Origin: Amoebidium appalachense
Taxonomy: Eukaryota > Protista > Ichthyosporea
Direction: 5' to 3'
Assembly (NCBI GenBank): GCA_963693365.1
Contig: CAVNZM010000005.1
Span: 8,350,334 to 8,414,333 of the forward strand
Length of the DNA stretch: 64,000 bases
Part shown: positions 1-24,633 of the stretch, one piece after another
How the letters are laid out: every line of letters begins with the position of its first letter
Position numbering within the stretch: the first letter of the stretch is position 1
The notes under the pieces: model-generated
Told to the model about the DNA's origin: nothing
Databases searched by the model: none
Seen by the model: the letters and a program-made list of their open reading frames with translations, nothing else
Translations under genes and position numbers: made by a program

Positions 1-399
1 CGTAGAGAAAGTAAACCCTGATATATAGTCACCACCCGACATCTATGTACGTGATCATGATATACCGCTGAGGGGATATTCCGAGCAAAACCCCCCCCCC
101 ATACCTGAGACTGGTTCTCTTTGCCTCGAGTAAACAGCGTAAACCCCCCCCACACATCCCTGGTACCAAGGAAGTTGGTGTGTACATACCGCAAACCAAC
201 GGCCAATTACTTTGGTAGCAGCTTGAGCAAGCACAACCACTCTGAGACGAGAACCCCTCTCGTTATTCCCGCTCGGCAGTCGGGGGGATTCGCATAGTAC
301 GCATACCCTAGGGTGGGGACAGTGACACGCACTGAGAAAGACATACGGAGGTGTACACGTAGGAGACATACTTTCCAGGCTTTACCCACCTGCTTTAAC

Positions 400-5956
<5,557 letters not shown>

Positions 5957-6840
5957 GAGTGGGGGGAAAGAGGGGGGGGGGGGGAATGGTGTGGTAGTGA
6001 ATGCTGTGAATGTATTTGTATACTATATTCCTAATATTACTAAGTTTAGCTCGCCCATCCCATGGGTAGAAAAATTATGATCTGTTGATTTGGCCCATTG
6101 AATGTGATGTTGTATACAATGTAACGTACTGCTATAGCGACGGATTCGGGGCCTGTGTGAACGGTCATATGCAAGCAAGCGGTGGCTCGTTGTGTATATG
6201 GCTGAATCAAATAAAGGAGAATGTGTTATTCCTATGGACGTGCGTGTATACGTACATGGTGATAATAATAAAAATGTACAAGCATGTGAGTAATTAATCA
6301 CCGTAGTATACACACGCATATGCATATCGATATCATGCAGAGCACTTACTACTTCAGTTTTTGCCCTCCGCACCCCATTTTATGCACCCCATGATCGAAC
6401 GCGATGCACACAGGCGCCACCACTGCGCATGCACACAACCTTACTGAAGCAATCACATGTGCGTATGCGTACGTCTGCACTATGATGGGTGCACATTTGA
6501 ACGACAAATACGTACACAACGGTATAATACCGCACTATGCTTTAAATTTCCAAAACTCCGATGAAGAAATCGCAAACATATGATGCACCGAGCATGCGCA
6601 GATCTAAAGAGATAGTATGAAAGGGCCCACAGACCGCCGTCATGTACACACATTCACAATTTGAAAGCATCTGTGCACTTACATGCACGTCACACCCACG
6701 TGCACACACCAATCCGTGTCTACCTCTCCCACCCGAATTGTGCCAGCATGCAAATATCTACGTGAAGGTTTAGCGTTTAGAAGGCGCTCTTTTTTTCTTT
6801 TTTCATTGAGGGGGGGGGGGAAGGGGGGGGGGGGGGGGGG

Positions 6841-6940
6841 GGGTTTGAATGCGTTAAAAAGTACGAAGTACACAAGAACAAACGGATAACACGATGCAGA
6901 ATGCAAGCCATACATAAAGAGTATGCATAATAAGCAGAGC
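6841..6940 (+). repeat. Member of a short dispersed repeat family (GGTTTGAATG...AAGTACGAAGTACAC...ACGGATAACACGATGCAGA)
   Basis: Related copies at 52605-52667, 53599-53692, 52249-52320 and 54359-54415; most begin at the end of a G-rich tract. Confidence 0.75.
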
Positions 6941-7441
6941 CCATCCTCAGGGGGGGCCCACGTCATCCACAGTACCCGAGTTTCGACCTATTCCCCTCGT
7001 TAACGAAACCCAACTCAGATACTGTTTCACTTGAACATGAGTAGGTCACCCGTCTTGATCAGAGACGAGCAGGGTTGCTTATGCAGGCAAGGGCAGTGGG
7101 AAAGGCCGGGGGTTAAAGTTGCAGCAGTAAGCAGAAGCAAGAAAAATATAGATAGGAACTCAGGAGACGGGGCTTCTAGGAAGCTCCCCCGTCGATACCT
7201 AAGTCGATACTTCCCTGGCTAACATACTACACCAGCTGAAAAGAATTAAGTCCCGAAGGCCGCAGAATTCGTAATCAGAGGGGAAAATATGAGATTTGAC
7301 CCACGCCGCAGGGTAGTAACACGCTGGGGGGGGGGTATTATCCGTGATTTTTGCGTGACACTGTGGAGTGTGTGCACGTGTGTGTACATGTGGGTGCATG
7401 TGTGTGTGTGTAACGTGTGCTTTGGAGGGGGGAGGGGGAGG

Positions 7442-7481
<40 letters not shown>

Positions 7482-8242
7482 GCAGCGTGTGACATGGTGC
7501 CTTTGCATCCAGTGCACACGTATGCACACTGACACATTTCTTTTATTCCGACTTCATTCGGTGATTCATGTCTATCTATAGCCCACCCAGAATTACAGTC
7601 TGTGAAATATTCGTAACGGTCCAAGATTGCAAGATTGCTCTCACGCCCATTCAGCTATGAAATTTTCTCGAGCTCCCGGTACCATAGATCCCCCCCCCCC
7701 CCCCCCCCCCCCCCCCCAAACCTTTCCCCTTTCCCCCATAGAGGAAAACTCGTGCTTTCACTGTTCATGTTAAATTTAAATCCACCTAACGGTTTATAAG
7801 GAATTAGAAAGAAAGCACAAAGGAAAACAAACTGTGCGCACAGGAAAGACTTACAGAGTGGAACACTCGGTGCACTAAAAAAAAAAAAATGAGCAAGGGG
7901 ATACGTTCAGGAACTCAAACAAAGGGAACTGGTGTTACCAAAAAACCAAGCCCAAGCCCAAAGAAAGAAAGAAGAAAAAAAGAAAAAAAACGTAAATATG
8001 GGATGAGCAAACAGAAAAGGGAAAAAAGTTGATGTACCGAGCCTGTACAATCGAAGACTAAATCCCTGCATTCACGGGCTACCCAAACGCACCAATCATT
8101 GGAAAAGACCTCTCCCCCCCCCCCCCCCCCCTCCCCCCCCCAAAAAAAAAAAAAGGAAAGAAAAGAAAAGAAAAAAGAAAGAAAGAAAAAAAAAGAGGGT
8201 TTTTAGTTGTGATAAATAGGCCTATTGGTAGCGCCTTAAGAC

Positions 8243-8310
8243 CTAGTCCTTAATGGCCTTAAGGCCGTTGTGGTAGAACTCATCCAAGGGCTTGCGCATG
8301 GCATATGCAT

Positions 8311-8349
<39 letters not shown>

Positions 8350-8856
8350 ATGTGTGCATGTGTGCGTGCGTGTGTGTGTGTGTGTGTGTGTGCGTGCGTG
8401 TGTGTGTGTCTGTGTGTGTGTGTGTGCGCGCTCATGTATGTGGTGGGGAGGGGGGAGGGGGAGGGGGAGGGGGGAGGGAGACAAATGGGTGTGTGCGCGC
8501 GCGTGTGTGTGTAGGGGGGGGGGGGGGCATTAGCAACCAGGGTCCAAATCCACACCAAATCCGACACATCTAAGAAAGGCAGTGAGCATACAAAGCAATG
8601 AAAAGGTGGCAGAGCTCAGGGGCTGTGTGTACCTCTAGCGCACCCACATGCTGTCGGCAGATCAAAGCCGGATTGTGTGTGTGTGTATGCGTGTTTGCAC
8701 GCACCTAGGTGTGTCCGCTCGTGTGCTGCAAATGTGTTTGACTCAAATGTGCGGTGGTAAACAGCAGAATGTGGATGTGAAGAATTACGCACTCATGACC
8801 GTCTTCCTCTCTCCCCACCCCCCACCCCCCCCAAAAAACACACACACACACACACC

Positions 8857-8890
<34 letters not shown>

Positions 8891-8962
8891 ACATTCCACC
8901 TCCCCCTCCTACACACACACTTTTTTCTTTTTTTGGTTTTCCTTTTTCTTATTACCCTTCTC

Positions 8963-8996
<34 letters not shown>

Positions 8997-9199
8997 GGGG
9001 GGCAAAGGCGAGAAGAGGGAGGGAGGGAGGGAGGAAGGAAAAATGGAGGGAGGGAGGGACAGGGGAATGGAGGCAGAGAGAGGGTAAGAGTTGGGGAGAA
9101 AAACCTGGGGGTGGGGTGCGGGGGGGAGGGGGGGAGAGAGGGAGAGAGAGAAGAAAGAGGTGAGGGTGAGAGGAGGGAGGTTAAGGGAGAGGGGGGGAA

Positions 9200-9235
<36 letters not shown>

Positions 9236-10201
9236 ATGAATTCATCATAGCAGACACGCACCTCTCCATCAGCATAGTATTTAGCCTCCACCTCGCTCAC
9301 GTTGAACCCCAACGTATCGCGGTACAGATGCAGCGCTGCACGGTTGCTCTCGCGCACGTGCAGGGACACATATTTGGCTTCAAAGTTTTCAACCATGCTT
9401 TGCGACGCCTGATTTTATGTTTTAGTTTTAGTAGTGTTTTTATTTGTTGATATTGTATTTTATTTGTTTGGGTTATGCAGGAGTAGAAGGTGTAGAGGGA
9501 AAGGGAGGAGATGGAGGGGATCAAGCAAGGGGGGGGGGGGAGGGGCAAGGGCAAAGAGAGGCGGGAGGGGGGGGGGGGGGGGGGCAAAGAGAGGCGGCAG
9601 GGGGGGGGGGGGGGGGATGTATGCATTAGAGGGTTGGAAATACGAAGGCGACACCAAAGGACCGAATACAAAGATCACAAAATAAAAAAACCATAAATGA
9701 AACAATTTAAGCGTGCAGGCAGAAGACACTTGAACAAAGTCAATCATCGGGGGGGTTCCTATGCCCCCACAAAAGATTGGGGCGGAGGGGGGGGGGGGGG
9801 GGGGGTATGCGTTAGAGAGTGGGAATTATCGAAGCAAAGGCAAATGTAACTCAAGTACCACAAGGGAAGAAAACAAAAGACAGATTGAAAAACAACTGTG
9901 CAAGAAGAAGATACTCGAACAGAACCCATGAAGTGGGGGGTTCCGAAGCCTCCACAAAGGAACAGTTTTTCTCGCGCGGTATGGTTTCGAACCCATCGGG
10001 TAACAAGAGGGGGGGGGGGGGGGGGAGGAATTCGTTACACAGTGCAAAGTGCAAAGGTATCCGGGGGGGGGGGGGGGGGGCGGGGGGAGACACGGTCTTC
10101 GAGGCAGCACGAAAACAAGTCCAAAAACAGATGTCGTGTATGTGGAGGGTGTGTGCGCACAGGAGTAGGGGTTGTTTGACAGTGTAATTGGGTCTGGGAA
10201 A

Positions 10202-10267
<66 letters not shown>

Positions 10268-11225
10268 CTGTGCCGGTCCCCTGTGGGTGCCTGAGTGTAC
10301 ATGTGTGCATGTGTGTGTGTGGCGTGCATATGTGTCCGTGTGTGTGCATAACGTGCATACGTGCATATGGGCGTATGTGGACCTGCGCGAATGTGTGTAC
10401 ATGTGTGTATGTCCGCAGGTGTGCGTTGCGCTCATGCATAAGCTTAGTCTGGCACACACAATCTTAGAAAAAGCTCAAACCCCAGCATTAAAAGCTAATA
10501 AAAAATATAAAAAATACGCACCTGGTGCATGAGCTTGTAAGCAATGCCCAGCCTGCGGTGTGACCTCATGACGGCCAGGGATGTGATATGGCCGTGAGGG
10601 ATCTCAGAGGGGTCCTCCTCCATCTTGGCCAGAACATAGCCCACAATCTTACCGTCATCATCCTCGGCTACATATGAGAGCTGGGGGGGGGGGGGGGTGG
10701 CATGAAAATATAAGATGGGTGTTGAAATTTCAATGGTTGATTGACATTATTTAGTGATAAAGATGATGGTGGTGGTGGTGGTTTGAGAATGGGGAGGGGG
10801 GAACCTATATATTCCAAGAGCTTGAAAAAAGGTTTGCCTGCGCCTTCCCCTTTCTCCCTCCCCCTCCCATTCCACTACCAGGGCCAACTCTCCCCCCTCC
10901 CCCCCACACACCAACAGTTCACTTCTCCCCTTTCTCCGCCCTCTTGTATATACCCTCTGGCTCCCCCCCACTCCCTCGTCCTCCTCCTCCTCCCCCCCCC
11001 CTCTCCCCCCCCAACCCTTCCCGCTCAGTTAGCCAGACACACAAGTAGGCATATCCACACTTCAGACCAAAGTGCCAAAAAAAGGCAAAAAGGGAAGATG
11101 ATGAGAGAAAGAAGGGGTATATATATAGACAGGGGCTGAGCAAAAGGTGTAGTGTTCTGTGAGAGCCGGATTTGTGGAGACGAGGGAAGCAGGGGAAGGG
11201 GAGAAGGAGAGGGAGAGGGGGGGAG

Positions 11226-11273
<48 letters not shown>

Positions 11274-11439
11274 GGGGGGGGGGGGGGGGGGGGGGGGAGA
11301 GGGATGCGGTTGGTACCTGTGGCCAGCTGAGTGCGTGGTAGAAGTAATACTTCATCTGGTAGTTCTCGGGCAGACACTGCAGGTTGCAGTGCTGCATGTT
11401 CATAAGGTCCTCGACCGTCGCACGCCGTATGTTCACCAT
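8243..11439 (-). CDS. NAA10: N-alpha-acetyltransferase 10 (NatA catalytic subunit, ARD1), 165 aa, 4 exons
   Basis: Exons 11439-11317, 10680-10522, 9408-9262, 8311-8243. Spliced protein [48 protein letters not shown]...[16 protein letters not shown]...[16 protein letters not shown]...YYADGEDAYAMRK carries the ARD1 signature motifs. Confidence 0.97.
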
Positions 11440-12067
11440 CCTGCTGGGTCTGTGTGTACACTAATACGGTGTTGGGTGTTCTAAGCTGTCGAGCTGAAGT
11501 GATCAGGATGAAACACACCAAACCATACGCCTAACCTAACAAGTAAACCGTTTTCCCACTATTTAAGCCCTGAATATTTTATTTGAGCCCTAAAATGTTC
11601 CTGTTGGTCAACTACACACCACAAAGTGAAACTTTGAACTAACCAAAAAAAAACACAAGTCATGGCACACGTGACAGGCCCAGTGTTTGCGCATACACTC
11701 TAGGGAGACCGGGATCTATTTCTGGAACAGGCTCACAGAAATGTCCTATATTTAGCACACTGCGGTAAGTAAACTGAGCCAGTTTCACTGTGTCGGTTTA
11801 CAGTGACCAAGTAAACACTGTGAACAACTTTTGCACGGCGTGGAGTTGTGAGCTCCTGCGGCTCTACGTAGGGCCACAGCTATATGCTTCAGCAAGCAAA
11901 CAATACTTGTAGCTTTAGTAGTGCTTCTGCTAGAACACGTGCTTTTCGCGTTTTGGTTGACATATCATTGAACCGAAACCCGTCTTTTGTATCCAAAACT
12001 CGCATCAGCACGTAGCAAGCAGAAGATAAGGTACTTCTCAAGGAATAATCAAGCAGGGAAAGGGAAA
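11440..12067. promoter_or_regulatory. Probable bidirectional promoter/5' UTR region between divergent NAA10 and MMTAG2
   Basis: 628 bp between two divergent ATGs; free of microsatellites, unlike the neighbouring introns. Confidence 0.6.
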
Positions 12068-18887
<6,820 letters not shown>

Positions 18888-19442
18888 TCTGTGTATATAT
18901 ATGAGTGGTGTATGGGTATATCACTTGAAATATCGAACGAACTAACCACGTGTATATAAGTCGGTTGGGAGTTTTGAATGAACGCTTATGTATCAATTTC
19001 TTTTGTTGTTATTATTAAATATTTCTTTTTTTCCCCGTGAGAATTGATCTACAACCTGAAAATCATGACCTCGAGCCATCAAATAAAATGCAACGAAACA
19101 TCAGGAATTGCAGCAGGCTCCCGAGGAACAACCTCCCCCCCCCCCTCCCCCCGCTCTCCCGCCCTCCCTCCCTCCCCTCCCTCCCTCCCTCCCTCCCTCC
19201 CTCCCTCCTTCCCTTCCTTCCTTTCTTACTCATGACCGGGAAATGTGACATGACATGCACACAAGTCATAGAGGTTATGGTTATCAGCACGTCGAGGCTA
19301 AGTGCGCATACGTTCCCAGGAACACTTTGCACTTGTCCATTAAACGCGCATGCTTATAAGGCCACCCTAACTCACACACAACTTGTGCGTGATGCACGTC
19401 CATAGGTGGCCACGGTGGGTGCTGTGAGAAGGGTTACGTAGA

Positions 19443-19504
<62 letters not shown>

Positions 19505-20093
19505 TAGCTGCCCAGCCTTGCACACATACACGAGCACTTCGAGATGTTCTGTGCATACTGTCTTTCGAGAAAGAAGCCTTGGAGATGAATTCCAACCTGG
19601 ATGAGGCATAGACCGACTTGCATAACTGTCGCCTGCAATATTCCTACTTTTTTGGTCGGTTTGTAAAACCTTTCTTTTTGCGCGCCAAAATTTCACGCCC
19701 AAATTTCCGTATTTGGCTAATCATATTCAAGAGTGCTGCGAAAGTGTACATGTATGTGTTCCCGCAACATTTTTGTCAGCTGACCAAGTGCTTTATATAC
19801 AATTGCCTTGACTTATGTACATTGTGGTTGCAATGCGCTGTAATTACGCTTACTTAACCCCCGCCCCGGCCCAGCCAACCAAATGCCCCCGTTGCAGAGG
19901 AAGGCCGAGTTGGCCGCCCCCCTCCCCCCCTTCGTGTCTTGTTCAACTTCAAGGGGGGGTTCGATTCACTTTTCAAAGGGCACCATCTTCAGGCAGCAGG
20001 TATCACACAAAAAATGTTTGAAAAAGAGCTATAATTCCGACTGCGCGCTGAAATTGCTTGTTGTCCTACCAGATCCTTCTAGAATTACAAAGA

Positions 20094-20223
20094 CTATGAG
20101 GCCTCCGTGACGGTGTTCCTGTCCTTGAACCATGCATAGTACTTGCCCACCTGTGAACCACACAGCCACTAGTCAACAAGCATGTAAAGTTCCTTTGACG
20201 CCATGTTACCAGCTAACATTATC

Positions 20224-20257
<34 letters not shown>

Positions 20258-20475
20258 ACTTCCACCTAATTATAACCAAAAGATGTACACACACACACAA
20301 AAGAAAAAGAAAAGAAAAAAGCATGTATCCATATATATACGCAGGTGCACACGCACAAAAAACAACTATCTTCAAATTATTCTATAAGTTGCACATTCTA
20401 TTTGGCGTGCTCGGAAATATGCCCCCCACCACCACCACCACCACCACCACCACCACCACCACCACACACACACGC

Positions 20476-20511
<36 letters not shown>

Positions 20512-20540
20512 CAACTGCAACACACACAAACACAAACACC

Positions 20541-20584
<44 letters not shown>

Positions 20585-21468
20585 CAAGCACACATATTGC
20601 ATGCTTAACAACATTGAACACCGTGACGGCAAGATACGCAAGCCGCTAAGCCAGTATAGTAGCTGCATTGATGTACAATTTTTTTGCCATGCCGCCCACT
20701 CCCCCCCTCCCCCCTCCCCCCCCCCCCCCCCCCCCCCCCCCCCTGGCCCGCCCGCCCACCCACTCCCCCCCCCCCCCCCCCCCCCCACCACCACCACCAC
20801 CACCACCACCACCACCCCTTCCTCTTTCTGATTCGATTCTCTCACTCCCACTTCCCCTACTCTCCGTGGCACTGAGCACATTCCCTGTCTTTCAACCCTT
20901 CAGCCCGCAAGAACCAGCACTTGGTAAATCCCCCTGCCCAAGTTCTCACGCAAGGCCATGCTGTGCCGTGCATGTTGCATAGCATGTGGACACAATCTGA
21001 GCGCACACTGTGCCCAGAGTCCAGCTAGCACTCTTATTATATCTACGTACCTCCCTGTTGCCATAGTAGAGCAGGTTTGAGTTCTTGCTGTCCTGAAGGA
21101 ACACCCGGGAGCTGTTGCGCGGATACTGCAATCGCACACAACCATAATCAGCATGCATACGGCCCAGCTTATTAGAACCCCTATGACCTTTCCACCCTCC
21201 CAACTACCCATTTCCCTATTTTTTTATTTGTTTTTTTTTTTTTACCCTCTTTTTTGCACGCCAATACTTCCCGCCTAAAATTTCTATATATGGCTAATCA
21301 GTGTGATCGCGCGCGAATTATTGGTCCATGCAATTTATTTGAGATAGGGATATTCCTGCTTTTCTATTGAATCTATACCAATTTTGGCTTGCTACACTGG
21401 ATATATGCATTCATTTGAGCTACAGTGGCCATCATGCCTCGGGGTCGGTTCGTCGTCAATAACAGTAG

Positions 21469-21503
<35 letters not shown>

Positions 21504-21504
21504 C

Positions 21505-21540
<36 letters not shown>

Positions 21541-22396
21541 CCCCCCCCCCCCCCCCCCCCCCTCTCTCCCTCCCCCTTTCCAACGCGTGTGGGAATAAAA
21601 CAGACAAAGAAAAGACGTTTCAAAGTCACGCACACACGTTCCCTCAACCATATTCATGATCTTCGCCTCCCTCTCCCACATATTCCTCTGCCCCCCTCTA
21701 AACTAGCCCTTTCTTGTTGTCGGCATACATGCCAAAAACTGTTGACTTTTTTACGGGGGACGTCACATGCTTACGGCCTTGTTCAGTTTTGCCATCTCTT
21801 AAAATTATTTAGTGTTTCCTATCCCACACACTGCCATATCAGTCCACTCATTTTTGAAATTCAACTTCTTATGCGAAAACCCCCCTCACCTTTTCAGGCC
21901 ATGTGTCCCTGTAGTCCAACCTAGCCAGCACAAAGCAGTCCCCCCCTGCTTGGGCAGCACGTAGAACTCATCCGTCACTGCCACGGGCACAACCTCGTGC
22001 CCTGACTCCTGAAAACACAAAAACTCACTGTTAGTGTGCACGTGCGTGTGTGAATGTGCACATGTGGGTCCTTGCTAGAGCGTAAATGTTGGTGCGTGTG
22101 TGTTTGTAATGGGTTTGTGTGTGTGTGTTTGTGGGGGGAGGGGGGGGGGCTTGGGCGGGGCTTTTGTGCAAAATACAATAATCACTGTATTAGTGTGCAC
22201 GATTGGTGAATGTTGGGTCCTTTTACTCTGCCACTGTATGTGTGGATGTGCCGTATTATGCTGGTGTAGGACCACAGGTCTGTGTGGTAGCATGTGTGCA
22301 TGCATGGGTGTGTAGGGCGTTTGTGTGAGTCTTTTGAGAGGGCACGGTGAGAAGTGGTGGTGGTGGTGGTGTGTGAGTGTGTGTGTGTGTGAGTGT

Positions 22397-22427
<31 letters not shown>

Positions 22428-24591
22428 GGGGGGGGGGAGGGGCTCGCCGGGGGGGAAGGGGGGGGGGGGGGGGTTGAGAGACAGCGAGGTGAAGGTTGCG
22501 ACGGATTTGGAGAGGAGGGTTGGGGCTGGAACCCCACCGATAGGGGGTTGAGGGGGGACACCAGAAGGCAAGAAAGAGCAGAATACAGAGCCGTGCCCCC
22601 TGGGGGGAGGGGGGTTGAAGGGAGAGGGAAAGGGGGGAGGGGGGAGGGGGGAGGGAGGGAGGGGGGAGGGGCGAGGCTCCCAGGTACGGTAACAATTACA
22701 CAACATATTTACACACATACAATATATAACAGTACTTTGAGGCATGGATATGTGAGCTATAATATGTGCGGTATCATACCTCGTCATACAGCACCATGTG
22801 CTCATGGTCAGGGAATTTGGTGTCTGTGGCCATGTCGCAGCTATCGTCTGGGAGGTGGGCCAGATAGCACGTGTCCACAAACACGTTGAGGTACCTGTGT
22901 GGTCTATGTCAGCCTTTACCACTACCCGTAACACTACCCAACTTGTTCGATACATCTTCTCCCTTGCACCCAAACACAATAGGGCCTGCCACGGCAACTA
23001 CGACAATTGCTTTCGCCCTCTTTTCACCAATGACCCCCTCTCTCTCCCCCCCCCCCCCCCCCCCCCCCCCTCTCCCAACCCCCCCCTCCCCTTCCCCTCT
23101 CATCGTTTCTTTGCTTTACGTTGCCCACCACACCTTCCTGTGTAACGGCCCACTCCATTTCTTTTTCTTCCCCCCTCCCCCCTCCCCCCCATGCCTTCCC
23201 CCCTTCCCCCCTTCTCCAACCATTGCATCCCCAATCATCCCTACCACCACCATAACCCCCCACCCTAACCACTCGAGCTTTGTGGCTGCTGGCGTTTATA
23301 AGTCTTTGCCGAGGAAGGGGAAGGGAAGGGTTTTTCCTTCCTTTTCTATCGCTCGCTTCCTCTCTTCCTCTCTCGTTTTTCTTTGGTTGGGAGAGGAGGG
23401 AAAGGGAGGGGGGAGGGGGGAGGGGGATGGGGGGGAGGGGGGAGGGGGGAGGAGGGGGGGGGGATTCTAGACGAATATATGCGCATACCTGTACCGTGGA
23501 AATACCGTAACGTGCGTGACTGGGGGCTGATTCGAGGACTCGTCTGGGAAGTGCACCAAAGTCTGGGGGGAGGAGGGGGGAGCAGAGAGGGGGTGAGTGC
23601 CAGGGGGAGTGGAGAGAAGGCGAAGGGGAGAAGGCAAGACCGGGGGAGGGGAGGGGGGGGTGGGGGGGGTGGGAAGGGGGGATGTGTGTGTGTGTGATGT
23701 GGAGGTGTTGGGGGGGGGGGGGGGGGGAGGGGGGGGGGGGGGAATGGAGGGGAAAAGGTAGGAAGATATAGGTGGAAGAGGAGGGAATGGTGGCGGGGAG
23801 AGGCGGGGGGGGGGGGGGGGGGGGATGGGACGTTAGGAGGGTGACCATCTTATATGATGTGGGGAAAAATTTCGAATGAAAGTGGGCTTTTCATGCGAGG
23901 TCTGCGGAAGGTATCTTGTGTGATGGGGTGAGATGGGTGGTGGGTGGAGGGATGAGTTGGTGGGTGAAAGAGAGATGGGTGGTGGGGGGTAAGAGGGAGG
24001 AGGAGGGGGTTGGGAAGGGGGAACGGCCCCGGGGCAGCTTGGAGGGGGGGGGGGAGGGGGAGGTGGTGGGGTGGGGGGGAGGGGGGAGAGGAAGGGGGGA
24101 AGAGTTCAGACAATGCCTAAAGTTTGATACCGCCTTAGTTGGTCCTTGTGGTGTCAATCAAACGGTACTCTCAAAAGCCAAGTGAGAAGAAATCGATGTA
24201 GACTCCGGATTAAATATGCACACTTACACCCGAAGATGAATACAAGGTCTATAAGTTTATTTGTTTGTTCCGAATATCTACCCAGCCACTCACATTGTGT
24301 TTTTAGTGGTTATCCCCGCCTCCACATCCCTTTCCAAGGAAACATGCAAACCGAACCAAATACGTAGTGTGTATGATGAGGGAAGGGACGAGGAGGGGTT
24401 GAGGGGGAGGGAGAGTGATTGATAGGAAGGGGGGAGGGGGAGAGGGGGGGGGCCTTCGGCAGGTAAACCTCGATTGTTTAAAAGAGGGCATGCAGGCAAG
24501 CACATAATCAGGAGCAAACTGGCATGCAATCGAGTCCCTTTGTTGGAACAATTGGGTGTGAAGCAGGGGGAGAGGCGGCACTGTGTGGGTG

Positions 24592-24633
<42 letters not shown>

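Noticed and set aside
6960-7330. Unique sequence between the convergent hydrolase and NAA10 genes as an ncRNA or extra exon
   Set aside because: No tRNA or snRNA motif recognised, and both neighbouring CDSs already have stops.
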